Source: Polyangiaceae bacterium
Lineage (GTDB): Bacteria > Myxococcota_A > Polyangia > Polyangiales > Polyangiaceae
NCBI GenBank assembly: GCA_050287085.1
Contig: JBNKBE010000012.1
Location: forward strand, 64,001-128,000
Reading direction: 5' to 3'
Length of the DNA: 64,000 nt
In this document: one piece after another, positions 18,874-28,249 of the stretch
Layout of the letters: each line of letters starts with the position of its first letter
Numbering within the stretch: position 1 is the stretch's first letter
The notes under the pieces: generated by a model
Seen by the model: the letters and a program-made list of their open reading frames with translations, nothing else
The model's database searches: none
What the model was told of the DNA's origin: nothing
Program-made: the position numbers and the translations under genes

Positions 18874-19644
18874 GTGACAACGCTACAGATCGAAGTGGCC
18901 GGACAGACCGATGTGGGTCGCAAGCGGCAACACAACGAGGACGCTTTCGCCATCTTCGCAGACTACGGTTTGTATATGGTGGCCGACGGCATGGGGGGCC
19001 ACGCCTCCGGGGAGGTCGCGTCCAAACTCGCTATTGATACGATGCGGGAGTTCTTCGCAGCGACAGCGGGTGACCCGGACAAGACCTGGCCCTATAAGAT
19101 GGACCGGAGCAAGGGCTACGAAGAGAATCGGCTCATCACGGGCGTGAAGCTGAGCAATCTGCGAATCTTCCAAACCTCGAAGACCAACCCAGGCCAGCGC
19201 GGCATGGGAACGACCTTGGTGGCCCTCTTCGCAGTCGACGACGGCTACTACGTGGCGCACGTGGGCGACAGTCGGGTCTACCGCATTCGCAATGGCATCT
19301 TGACTCAACTCACCGAGGACCACTCGCTGCTCAACGACTACAAGAAGATGAAGAAGTTGACGGAGGAGGAAATCGCGTCATTCCCTCATAAGAACGTCAT
19401 CGTGCGGGCACTTGGCATGAAGGATACGGTCAAGGTGGACACGCGTTTCGAACAGCCACAGCCCGACGACATCCTTCTGCTCTGCAGTGACGGCTTGGCG
19501 GGGCCCGTAAGCGACGATGAAATCCTGCGCATCATCCTGGACGCTGGAGACCTCCCAGCGGCAGCGGAGCAGCTGATCGAAGCGGCGAACAACAACGGCG
19601 GCCCCGACAATATCACCGCGGTGCTCACCCGCTGGGTGTCGTAG
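18874..19644 (+). CDS. PP2C-family Ser/Thr phosphatase (Stp1/Pph1-like)
   Basis: GRKRQHNED, VADGMGGH, GMGTT, HVGDSR, LLCSDGL, GGPDNIT; TWPYKMD insert recalls myxobacterial Pph1; start GTG 18874 inferred. Confidence 0.93.
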   Translation: MTTLQIEVAGQTDVGRKRQHNEDAFAIFADYGLYMVADGMGGHASGEVASKLAIDTMREFFAATAGDPDKTWPYKMDRSKGYEENRLITGVKLSNLRIFQTSKTNPGQRGMGTTLVALFAVDDGYYVAHVGDSRVYRIRNGILTQLTEDHSLLNDYKKMKKLTEEEIASFPHKNVIVRALGMKDTVKVDTRFEQPQPDDILLLCSDGLAGPVSDDEILRIILDAGDLPAAAEQLIEAANNNGGPDNITAVLTRWVS

Positions 19645-19710
19645 CTCGCGACGGCGTTGGGCGGCCTTTCCACTTGGACGTCCCAAGTCGAGTCGAAGCG
19701 CTTCGCTCCC

Positions 19711-20064
19711 CTATAGCTCGCGAGGCGGCAGGACCTGCACTGGGGCGGGGTCGCTCGGCAACTCCACCGGGACTCCCACTACGGGTACCAAGACGGCGTA
19801 GATGACAAGCACCACAGCCAGCATCATCAGCGACGTGATGAAGAAGGTGGAGAACGGTGGATGCCGCGTGCGGCTCCAGCCGTCGCCGTAGAACTTGCCG
19901 CCGCTCTCCTTGCGCAGGCGCTCCTGAACGCCTCTCAATACGTCCACCTCCTGCTGATCTTCGGCAAAAGCGCGCCGCAGCAGCGATCCCAGTTCCGCGT
20001 CAGCCTCTGAGGAGGGCTCGTCGGAATGCGCCAAAGAGCTACCCGTCTCGACGTCATCGCTCAT
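19711..20064 (-). CDS. Small single-pass membrane protein, putative anti-sigma factor
   Basis: ATGA overlap with the upstream ECF sigma gene; one hydrophobic helix (FFITSLMMLAVVLVIYAVLV). Confidence 0.6.
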   Translation of the reverse strand: MSDDVETGSSLAHSDEPSSEADAELGSLLRRAFAEDQQEVDVLRGVQERLRKESGGKFYGDGWSRTRHPPFSTFFITSLMMLAVVLVIYAVLVPVVGVPVELPSDPAPVQVLPPREL

Positions 20065-20675
20065 GATAACTTCTCTCCCAATCGCAGCCCCAGCTTCTCT
20101 TTCACCATCGTTCGCGCGCGATGCAGACGGCTCTTCACGGTGCCCTCAGCAAGGCCCGTAATGGCCTGGATATCCTCATAGCTGAGGGCCTCAACGTCCC
20201 GCAGAATGAGCACATCTCGAAAGTCAGGCTCGAGTTCGCGAATGCATCCCTGGAGGAGCGCTTCGGCCTGATACCCCATGACCACCTGGTCGGGGCGTTG
20301 TGCCACTTCACCCCCTGTAACCCCGCCGGAGCGGGCCATGGCCTCTCGCTCGACATTGGCGTCGAACTCCTCCTGAAAAGCCGCGCGGCGACGGCCCAGG
20401 TATTTGGCACGATTGCGGCAGAGATTGACCGCAATCCGATAGATCCACGTGCCCAACTTGGCCTCTCCCCGAAATGCACCGATCGACTTGAAGACCTGTA
20501 CAAAGACCTCCTGCACCATATCCTCGGCTTCGTCGCGACGACCCAACATGCGAAACATGAGACGATAGACACGCCCCTGATACGCTGCGACCAGCTGGTT
20601 GAAAGCGCGCTCGTCGTGTCCGCGCAGGCGCTCCAAGAAACGCGCCTCAACTTCTTCGTCGGTCGACTGGGTCAC
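20061..20675 (-). CDS. ECF RNA polymerase sigma factor (RpoE-like)
   Basis: AEDMVQEVFV, F.GEAKLGTWIYRIAVN, LSYEDI, GTVKSRLHRAR. Confidence 0.93.
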   Translation of the reverse strand: MTQSTDEEVEARFLERLRGHDERAFNQLVAAYQGRVYRLMFRMLGRRDEAEDMVQEVFVQVFKSIGAFRGEAKLGTWIYRIAVNLCRNRAKYLGRRRAAFQEEFDANVEREAMARSGGVTGGEVAQRPDQVVMGYQAEALLQGCIRELEPDFRDVLILRDVEALSYEDIQAITGLAEGTVKSRLHRARTMVKEKLGLRLGEKLS

Positions 20676-20777
20676 GATGAGCTACGAGGCGAGATCGGTC
20701 AGCAAGGGCCGGTGAGTTGGTTGCGACAGCTCCACGCCGCGATTGTTCCCGCTCACGACAGCCCACGCACAAACAGC

Positions 20778-21452
20778 TCAGAGCTCGGGTGCGTGGCTGC
20801 GAAAGAATTCGGCCAGGTCGCCGACCTCCTCGAGACACAGCGAGTGTGCCATGGGGTAGGTGCGAAACGCAGTGGGGTACTGCGCGCCTGTGAGTCGGCG
20901 GTAAGCCTGCTGCCCAAGCGCCAAGGGCACCACGGGATCGAACGTGCCATGGCAGAAGAGAATCGGCGTCTGACCGTTGGCCGCGCTGCGTTCCGCTTCA
21001 AATGAGTCGGGCAGAAGCAGATACCCACTCATCACCACCACCCCCGCAAGGCGTTCCGCATGCCGCGTGCCGATGTGCAACGCCATCGCCGCCCCTTGGC
21101 TGAACCCCGCCAAGAAGATGCGCTCGGAGGGGATTCCGCGCTCTTGCTCCCGCGCTATCAGCCCCGCCACGGCAACGGCGGACTGTCGCACGTCTGGCTC
21201 CGCTTCGCGCAGGGGCGGGTCAGCCAGGCTCAGAATGTCATACCACGCGGGCATCGCCAGCCCGCCGTTGATGGTCACCGGCCTGGACGGCGCTGCCGGA
21301 AACACAAAGCGGCAGTGCGGCAAGCCGAGCTCCGGAACGACATCCTCGAAGTCACGATTGCTCGCGCCAAGGCCATGCATCCAGATGACACTGTGGGTGG
21401 GCTCCCCCGCGCCCTGCATTTCGAAGGTGGGTAGTGTAGCAAGCGATGACAC
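20778..21452 (-). CDS. Carboxylesterase/phospholipase (alpha/beta hydrolase)
   Basis: WMHGLGA, MPAWYDI, AGFSQG nucleophile, HGTFDPVV, YPMAH. Confidence 0.92.
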   Translation of the reverse strand: MSSLATLPTFEMQGAGEPTHSVIWMHGLGASNRDFEDVVPELGLPHCRFVFPAAPSRPVTINGGLAMPAWYDILSLADPPLREAEPDVRQSAVAVAGLIAREQERGIPSERIFLAGFSQGAAMALHIGTRHAERLAGVVVMSGYLLLPDSFEAERSAANGQTPILFCHGTFDPVVPLALGQQAYRRLTGAQYPTAFRTYPMAHSLCLEEVGDLAEFFRSHAPEL

Positions 21453-21562
21453 CGAGGCATCAAAGCGGATCGACGAGGCTCGGGTCTAGGAGGAAATGCA
21501 CCGCGATGCTCAAGGCATCCGCAAAGTGCCTCCGAAGACCCCTCGACTCTTCCTCGGTGACC

Positions 21563-22234
21563 TCACTCAGCGAATAAGCGCATGAAGACACGCTCATTCG
21601 CTGAGATCCGTCGTTGAAGCCACGCCTTCAGCTCATCGAGACAAGCCTCCAACTCGGCTTCCAAGTAGTGATCTTGGGCAGACCACTTGACCCCGGCGCA
21701 TAGCTCGAGTGCCCCCAGCAAACGGTGCCGCGAGACTTCGACCTCAACGACGAAATCCGAGTCACGCCATTCTTCGGCTGTCACTCTGGGCATGCTCGAC
21801 GACAGTTCCGCCACAAGCGCAGCCAAGGGCGCACACCCGAGCAGTCCGCGCTCGATCCTAAACTGCGGTCCCTCGCCGTTCCCCGGTGTGAATAGCGCCA
21901 CGCCCTCCGCCTCCCACACTGCGACGGCGATAAACGCAAAGCGATCCGGAGCAAGATACGCCGCTTCGCGTGCAGCCACCTTGGACGCGGCTAGTTCGTG
22001 AAAGACCGGGTCGAGCCTCCACAAGTCGATACCGTCGACCGCAAGCGCACCGTCACGACAGAATGAGAAGCTGTAGTATAGGCCCGAGTTTCGTGGATGG
22101 CACGACCACTGCTCAAAGGCGTCCGCGCCGACTGGCACCGTTCTGAAGTCAACTTCCTCAAAGTGGTCTATCAGCGCTTGTCGCAGCCAAGCCCAAGTGG
22201 GCAGCCCACGCGCGAATCGGAATCGCACGCGCAT
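21563..22234 (-). CDS. Hypothetical protein
   Basis: 223-aa ORF starting 3 nt after the upstream stop; protein-like composition; no family recognised. Confidence 0.6.
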   Translation of the reverse strand: MRVRFRFARGLPTWAWLRQALIDHFEEVDFRTVPVGADAFEQWSCHPRNSGLYYSFSFCRDGALAVDGIDLWRLDPVFHELAASKVAAREAAYLAPDRFAFIAVAVWEAEGVALFTPGNGEGPQFRIERGLLGCAPLAALVAELSSSMPRVTAEEWRDSDFVVEVEVSRHRLLGALELCAGVKWSAQDHYLEAELEACLDELKAWLQRRISANERVFMRLFAE

Positions 22235-22237
22235 GGG

Positions 22238-23044
22238 CTACCAGCGTGCTAACAGTTTGGCGAGGTGTTCGGTCGCAATGTACACCTCCTCGATACCCGG
22301 TTGATCAATGAGCCACTCGATGAGCTCGTTGGCACGCTTGTAGGAGTCGCCCTCGCCGGTCAAAAACGGCTCCATGCCACGATCCAGCGCCGCTAGATCG
22401 ACGTCTGCACCGAGTTCGACCTGCTCCTTGGCGACCAGCGTGCGCAACAACTGGATCCCACCAGAGCCGGAAAACTCGGGGGGCATACTGAGCGTGAGCC
22501 GCGGCGGATCGCACAGGGTAAGAGCCACGTCCTGCAGTTCATCAAGGTCACCGACAGTCTCTTCGAGCACAGCGTTGATGAGAGCATCTCCCACCTGCGC
22601 CGGCTCAAACGCGTCACCTCCCGGTCCGACGAACATGAGATGATCATCGTCCACTGCCTCAAACGAATGAAGAAGACTCGCTTCTACGCCGGTTGCGGTT
22701 CCCGAGTTGACATATACGCCGCCAATGTAGCTGTGACGCCGCACGACGCGCCCCCCTGCGACGCGCAGCAACGCAAACGCTCCTTCGCTTTCGCTTAGGT
22801 AGAGCATGACCGCGGAAACCGCCTCACCGAGCTCGCCAATGATGTGGGCGAAAGCGTCGAGATGAACAGAGCAGTCCGGCAGCGCAAGCACGGTTCGACC
22901 ATTCACCTCACCCAGCGCGTAGCGCTCACCGCCGAGCGCAGCGCGCACGCCCAGCTTATGTGGCGTCGGCGCACCCACGAGTTTGTGCTCGCGCAATACG
23001 GTTGGGCTAAGCAGCCCGCTAAAAACAATCAAAGATAACGGCAC
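22238..23044 (-). CDS. Hypothetical protein
   Basis: GTG 23044 preceded by GAGGAG RBS; globular composition; no family recognised. Confidence 0.65.
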   Translation of the reverse strand: MPLSLIVFSGLLSPTVLREHKLVGAPTPHKLGVRAALGGERYALGEVNGRTVLALPDCSVHLDAFAHIIGELGEAVSAVMLYLSESEGAFALLRVAGGRVVRRHSYIGGVYVNSGTATGVEASLLHSFEAVDDDHLMFVGPGGDAFEPAQVGDALINAVLEETVGDLDELQDVALTLCDPPRLTLSMPPEFSGSGGIQLLRTLVAKEQVELGADVDLAALDRGMEPFLTGEGDSYKRANELIEWLIDQPGIEEVYIATEHLAKLLARW

Positions 23045-23315
23045 ACGATCTCCTCGATTATGGCGCCCAATCTGCGGGCGACACCGGCGGGGGGCTCCGT
23101 TGCACGGACCGCCTCGCGCCACAAGCTTCTAGGATCGCTTCTTAGTCGCCTTCGCGCGCATTGCCATCTTGGATCGGGAACGAATGCACACACGCTGCCC
23201 GATTTCTTGGCACGGCCCATGCGCCGTTCGGGCCGGTCAGTGCGGTTGCCCAAGTCCGGAGGCACTCGGGCATTCCAACGGCCCGACTCGGGCCCGCTAC
23301 TGAGCGCGGGCATCT

Positions 23316-23389
23316 TGGTTCCGGCACGTGGACTCGAACCACGATTCAGGGATTCAAAGTCCCTTGTCCTGCCATTAGACGATACCGGA
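23316..23389 (-). tRNA. trnQ: tRNA-Gln (anticodon TTG)
   Basis: Reverse complement folds as a cloverleaf: acceptor TCCGGTA/TGCCGGA, anticodon stem AGGGA/TCCCT with loop CTTTGAA, T-loop GTTCGAG, encoded CCA. Confidence 0.97.
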
Positions 23390-23530
23390 TCGGACCGCGG
23401 ACCCTAGCAGCTCTTTTCGATGATTGCGAAGCTGCATCGCGCCTTTACACCACACTCGAACGCCCGTTCAAGGGTCCCAGCTGCAGGCGACGGCCGGTCG
23501 GTTCGCTCACCGATCCGGCATTGCCAAGGC

Positions 23531-24565
23531 TCAAGGCTTCGCGGCGCTGAGGGTATGAACCTGCTCCACCGCAAATGTCACGTTCTCAGGCGGGATGTGC
23601 GGCATGATCCCGTGTCCCAAGTTGAAAATGTGCCCTGGACGTCCCGCCGCCTGCGCCAAGACGTCACCAATGCGTTCACTGAGCAAAGCACGGGGAGCGG
23701 CCAGCAGATGCGGGTCAAGATTGCCCTGCACCGCCACATCGTAGCCAAGGCGACGCCAGGCCACATCGAGGGGCGTCCGCCAGTCAACGCCAATAACCGA
23801 GCCGCCGGTTTCTTTCTGCAGCTCCAGCAGCGAGCCCGTACCCGTTCCGAAGTGAATGACGGGAACGCCGGTGGTCGCAAGATCGTCAAAGACGGGCTTG
23901 AGGTGGGGTTGAATGTATTGAACGTAGTCCGCGGGACACAGGTCACCCACCCAGGAGTCAAAGATTTGGACGGCTTGAGCGCCGGCCTCGATCTGAGCTC
24001 GCAGATAGCGACGAATCACTTCGCTGAGCTTGCTCATCAGCTGATCCCAAACCTCGGGTTCCCCGTACATCATCCCCTTCGTCTTCTCGTAGTGGCTGCT
24101 CTTTCCGCCTTCGATCAGGTAGCTCGCCAACGTAAACGGAGCGCCCGCAAAGCCGATGAGGGGCGTCTTGCCTTCAAGCTCCTGACGGATGAGCGAAATG
24201 GCCTTCAGGACGTGAGGCAAGCCTTCCTCGGCGTCGATCACGCGCAGTTTTTCCACATCCGCACGCGTACGAATGGGGGAGTGAACGACCGGGCCCTCGC
24301 CCTTGGCAAACTCGAAGGGCGCTCCCATTGGCTCGAGCGGCAACAAGATGTCCGCGAACAATATCGCAGCATCCACCTTGTGTGCGACGACCGGCTGCAG
24401 CGTAACCTCACACGCCACTTCCGGATGAGCACATATCTCCAGGAGCGTGTACTTCTCCCGAATCTTTCGGTACTCCGGCATGTAGCGCCCCGCCTGGCGC
24501 ATGAACCACACGGGGGTTTTGTCTACTGGTTCACGGCGGCAAGCACGGAGAAAGCGATCCCACAT
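23531..24565 (-). CDS. hemE: Uroporphyrinogen decarboxylase
   Basis: PVWFMRQAGRYMPEY, DAAILFADIL, IGFAGAPFTLASY, QGNLDP, IFNLGHG. Confidence 0.97.
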   Translation of the reverse strand: MWDRFLRACRREPVDKTPVWFMRQAGRYMPEYRKIREKYTLLEICAHPEVACEVTLQPVVAHKVDAAILFADILLPLEPMGAPFEFAKGEGPVVHSPIRTRADVEKLRVIDAEEGLPHVLKAISLIRQELEGKTPLIGFAGAPFTLASYLIEGGKSSHYEKTKGMMYGEPEVWDQLMSKLSEVIRRYLRAQIEAGAQAVQIFDSWVGDLCPADYVQYIQPHLKPVFDDLATTGVPVIHFGTGTGSLLELQKETGGSVIGVDWRTPLDVAWRRLGYDVAVQGNLDPHLLAAPRALLSERIGDVLAQAAGRPGHIFNLGHGIMPHIPPENVTFAVEQVHTLSAAKP

Positions 24566-24657
24566 GCAGCGGCGTTATTTACCGTGTGGATGCGTTTTGC
24601 AAGTCCTATGACCAAGCTCGGCACAACACCCGAAAGCTTGCCCCAAGGGCACTGAAG

Positions 24658-25353
24658 CTACTTTCCAGAAGAAGAGTCCGCGGATGGAAACGCTGCAAAC
24701 GGATCGTCTTTCTTCGCAGCGGCAGGACCAGGCCCCTGCAACTCATCGCCCATGGCCGCGCCAGGCATCGCATGAGGTGCCGCTTCGCCCGCCTGCTGAC
24801 GTTCCTGCATCTCATACTTGGAAGGACACTTGGCAAATATGTGCTTTGCCTGGAGATGCTCGTCGACCAACGTTCCCTCGGCGGTGACCTCGACAGGCAT
24901 CCCTTTCACGTCCCGAAAGGTGTCTGGAATGATGCAAGACGCATAGCGCACGTCGAGCGTTCCAGTTTTCTCGCCGTCTTTGTTCTCCATCTTGAAGCGG
25001 TATTCACACGGTTCGTCGCGCTTCTGCAGGGTGCCGTGAACCAGAACCCCCTGAACGCGCAGGTTGCGCTCTCCAAGGTCGCTCCAGGTGGCCAGGACGG
25101 TATCCACGTCTTTGGCGTAAACCATCGTGTCGCTGGTACCCCCCAGCACGAAGCTCAGAATGCCACCGCCGAGAACGAGCAGACCCAGCAGCAATCCAAT
25201 ATTGCGCTTCGAACTCCCATCTTCGTCGCCAAGCGTGGACGAAACCCCGGGAGCCGCCTCCTCGCCCGAGGCACCGGCCTCTGAAGCCACAGCTCCTTGG
25301 GGTGGTGCTCCCTCGGATAAGGCCCGCCGCAGTTCGTCGTCCACATTGCTCAT
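24658..25353 (-). CDS. ccmE: Cytochrome c maturation heme chaperone CcmE (Cys variant)
   Basis: TM anchor, LRVQG, PDTFRD, EVTAEG, AKCPSKY (CxxxY heme-binding motif). Confidence 0.85.
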   Translation of the reverse strand: MSNVDDELRRALSEGAPPQGAVASEAGASGEEAAPGVSSTLGDEDGSSKRNIGLLLGLLVLGGGILSFVLGGTSDTMVYAKDVDTVLATWSDLGERNLRVQGVLVHGTLQKRDEPCEYRFKMENKDGEKTGTLDVRYASCIIPDTFRDVKGMPVEVTAEGTLVDEHLQAKHIFAKCPSKYEMQERQQAGEAAPHAMPGAAMGDELQGPGPAAAKKDDPFAAFPSADSSSGK

Positions 25354-25393
25354 GGCGTGCAATTTAGAGCACCGCGCGCCCTGGCGCCATGGT

Positions 25394-25834
25394 TCAGACG
25401 CCAGTCAAGCGCTTCGACGCAGCCGCCCCCAAGCGACGCACGGCCCGGTTCGCAAGAACTCCAATCATACCAGAAACGAACAGTGCCACTCCGCCCCACA
25501 CCGCGGCCGCGATAGCCCCCGTGGCCGCAATGGTTGCTACGGCCGCAACCGCGGATGCGAAGAAGACCGGCAACGCCGACCGCCCCCCTGCCCAAGACCC
25601 CGGGGCCCGCCGAGAGGCCCCGCTCTGCATTCCGGGGGCCAATATGAGGTCGCTGAGACCCGCCGCCACGGTAAACCATGCGGCCCATCCCCACCCGAGG
25701 CGACCCCCATCGCCCAGGGCCAGCGCGGGGGCCCACAAGCAGAGAATCAAGACTGCGGCCCGAAACGGTCCCCCCCGCGTTTCTCCCCGGGGCGTGGCCG
25801 CGCCCGATTGAACTACGGGCAAGCGACGCACCAT
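25394..25834 (-). CDS. Hypothetical membrane protein
   Basis: Several hydrophobic segments; start uncertain (ATG 25834 avoids overlap with the divergent gene). Confidence 0.4.
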   Translation of the reverse strand: MVRRLPVVQSGAATPRGETRGGPFRAAVLILCLWAPALALGDGGRLGWGWAAWFTVAAGLSDLILAPGMQSGASRRAPGSWAGGRSALPVFFASAVAAVATIAATGAIAAAVWGGVALFVSGMIGVLANRAVRRLGAAASKRLTGV

Positions 25835-25900
25835 GGCGCGAAGTTGCCGCAACCGCGCCGCGCTCGCAACTGAATCCGCCTGCGGACGACACACAGCGCA

Positions 25901-26734
25901 ATGCTCCATTTCCCCCAGAAGCGGCCCGCGCGGCAAACGAGCGCGCGAGCGACAGCGAAGCGTAGCCTCAGCACCTCGCACCCTCAGGCCAAGCAGCGCG
26001 CTCCGCTGGCTGCAGCGCCCAGCTACGGCGCTCGATGGCTGTCGTTCGCCGCTGGTGTTCTGCTGAGCGCGGCGCTCCCCACACCGCTTGCGCACGCCGA
26101 GTCGACGGCAGCGCCTCTCGCCTGGACCCCCACGTTGCCCCCAGCGATGCCCTTAGACCGAGACTACTCGGCGACCGCTGCAGCGCGCGAGTTCGCGCGG
26201 CGGAGGTGGGCTGCTTTTGCGGGAGTCGGTGGGAGCCTGGCGTCCTGTGGTTGGATGGCCCAACCCGGCTGCGATCCCTGGGGCTTTCGCAGTGCGGGGG
26301 GGCTCGAATACCGCCCCTTGGATTGGATCTCCTGGAGCGGGGCACTGCGCGGCGGAGCCTCTTCGGCGCGCCCCCGCGGCAAACACCACTTCGCCGCGGC
26401 CGCGCTGGAGGCGCGCGCCTACCTTGGAACACGCTCGCGTTGGGACCCCTTTGTTGCCGCATCTGTCGGTTACGGTGTGCATTGGCTTGCACAGACCACG
26501 CGGCCAGCTCGCGCCCAAGGAGCCCCGCTTGCGGGCGCAAGTGCCGGCATAGGCTGGTTCCTCAGCGAACAGAGTCGAGCTGAGGTGGCTCTCGGCATCG
26601 AGCAAGACTTGCCCTGGGGTAGGTCCACTTGCCTCCGCGAATGCCCGCTCGGAAGAAGCGGGATACTGGACGGTGGAGAGCCGACGTGGATGCTGAACCT
26701 TCGCATCGCCGGCTTGTTTGGTCCTCGCTTGTGA
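25901..26734 (+). CDS. Hypothetical exported protein, outer-membrane beta-barrel-like
   Basis: Signal-like segment ending AHA; alternating strands GGLEYRP, LEARAYL, DPFVAASVGYG, AGIGWF. Confidence 0.55.
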   Translation: MLHFPQKRPARQTSARATAKRSLSTSHPQAKQRAPLAAAPSYGARWLSFAAGVLLSAALPTPLAHAESTAAPLAWTPTLPPAMPLDRDYSATAAAREFARRRWAAFAGVGGSLASCGWMAQPGCDPWGFRSAGGLEYRPLDWISWSGALRGGASSARPRGKHHFAAAALEARAYLGTRSRWDPFVAASVGYGVHWLAQTTRPARAQGAPLAGASAGIGWFLSEQSRAEVALGIEQDLPWGRSTCLRECPLGRSGILDGGEPTWMLNLRIAGLFGPRL

Positions 26735-26750
26735 TAGGACCTTTGGCCCC

Positions 26751-28070
26751 ATGCTGGAACTGCAACCCATCGAGCTATCGAAAGCCCTCGCCCGGGCGGA
26801 AGAGGCCCGGCGTGCCTTTGTCATTCAGCTTCGCGAAGCTCCAGAGGCCGACGCCACGCCACTGCAGCTGTATCGAGAGGTACTGGACAAGGAGATTTGG
26901 GATCAGGTTGCCGAGCTGCCAGAACTGGATCCCCTGAAGGAACCGCTGCGCCGCTGGCTGGTGCAGCTGATCGACGCGCGGGTGAACCAACCCTGGAGCA
27001 TCGCTCGGAGTCGTGAATGGCGAAGTGTGCCGCGCGCCCCGCTCGACAATGGGGAGACGGGACGCACCCTGGCTGAGCTCCAGCAACTGGCGCTCAGCCA
27101 CCCGGAACGGGCCAATGCCGTGCTGCAAGCCCTGGCAAAGTCGCTGGAACAGCCTCGCGTCGCAGCAACAACACTATGGCATCGGCGCCATGAGATGGCG
27201 TCCCGCTTGGGCATCGAGGACTTGGCCTCCTTGTACACATCCGGCACCACCCTGGTGGCCGAATCGAGTGCCTGGCTTTCCGATACCCAAGAGTTGTTTA
27301 CCGCACCGAAGGCGTTGGACTTTGGTGGATGGCTGGAGGCTTCGCTCGCGCACAATGCCCAGGCAGATTGGCCAGCGCGCATCAACGAGCAAGTGATGAT
27401 CGGCTGGTTCCGGCGTAGTCCTCTGCTCGTCGACGTCGAACCCGAGCTCTCACCCCTCCCACGGCGGCTCAGCCCCGCCAGTTTCGCGCGACTTCTCGAA
27501 AGCTTCGGAACGGCTCTGCACGAAGCGCTAGCACCCGTCAATCAACCCTTTGTCGTGGCGCGGGATCCACTGGGTGTTGCAGGCCACAGCTATGGAGCGT
27601 TGTTCGCTTGGTTGCTGCTGGACCCAGCCTTCGCGGCACGTGAACTCGGCGTGCAGCGCACTCGCTTTGCTGACTACCGACGCGTTCTGCTCCGGATGTG
27701 GCTGCACGAGACGCGGCGAGCGGCCATCGCTGTGCAAGTGCGTCAAACTGCCCTGACCAGCGCGCAGTCCGGAGCCCTCACGGCCCGTGAACTCTTGTCG
27801 GCGGAATGGCGCCACGATCTAGGCCCCGAGGCGGCCCTTGCCTTGGTCGGGACTCTCGACCAGGCACCCGCTCGCTTTGCAGCCCTGCTCGGCGCCGCCG
27901 CTTGGAGCCGGCGCCTGCGAGCCGCGCATGATGAAGACTGGTATCGAAACCCGCGTGCCGGGGAACAACTCCGCGCTGAAGCGGAGCGTCCGCCGCAATG
28001 CGAACTGTCGGCCACGGCGGTGGCCGAAGACGCGCGAGAGCTCGCCGCTTCACTGCAACACGAGCTCTAG
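26751..28070 (+). CDS. Hypothetical helical protein resembling a degenerate M3 peptidase family member
   Basis: LLESFGTALH where HExGHALH would sit; C-terminal DEDWYRNPRAG. Confidence 0.55.
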   Translation: MLELQPIELSKALARAEEARRAFVIQLREAPEADATPLQLYREVLDKEIWDQVAELPELDPLKEPLRRWLVQLIDARVNQPWSIARSREWRSVPRAPLDNGETGRTLAELQQLALSHPERANAVLQALAKSLEQPRVAATTLWHRRHEMASRLGIEDLASLYTSGTTLVAESSAWLSDTQELFTAPKALDFGGWLEASLAHNAQADWPARINEQVMIGWFRRSPLLVDVEPELSPLPRRLSPASFARLLESFGTALHEALAPVNQPFVVARDPLGVAGHSYGALFAWLLLDPAFAARELGVQRTRFADYRRVLLRMWLHETRRAAIAVQVRQTALTSAQSGALTARELLSAEWRHDLGPEAALALVGTLDQAPARFAALLGAAAWSRRLRAAHDEDWYRNPRAGEQLRAEAERPPQCELSATAVAEDARELAASLQHEL

Positions 28071-28249
28071 GGCGTGTTCACCGCAACACGAGCCCCGGAG
28101 CGTGAATCCAGGCCCGATCCTAAGTGCGCCGCCGCATCGCGTCAGCCCCACGAGTGAGGCCGTCCCGATGCCGGTTCCAAGCGCTGAGCTGCAACGGAGC
28201 GCGGCAGAGCACGGCCCACAAGCATGCCGGCTCCGCCCACTGCGGGTGG

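Noticed and set aside
21563..23389. Prophage or integrative element at tRNA-Gln
   Set aside because: No integrase, phage genes or duplicated att sequence found.
23420..24655. 411-aa plus-strand ORF, and many similar long antisense ORFs
   Set aside because: Lies antisense to hemE; shadow ORFs are expected at high GC and show no motifs.
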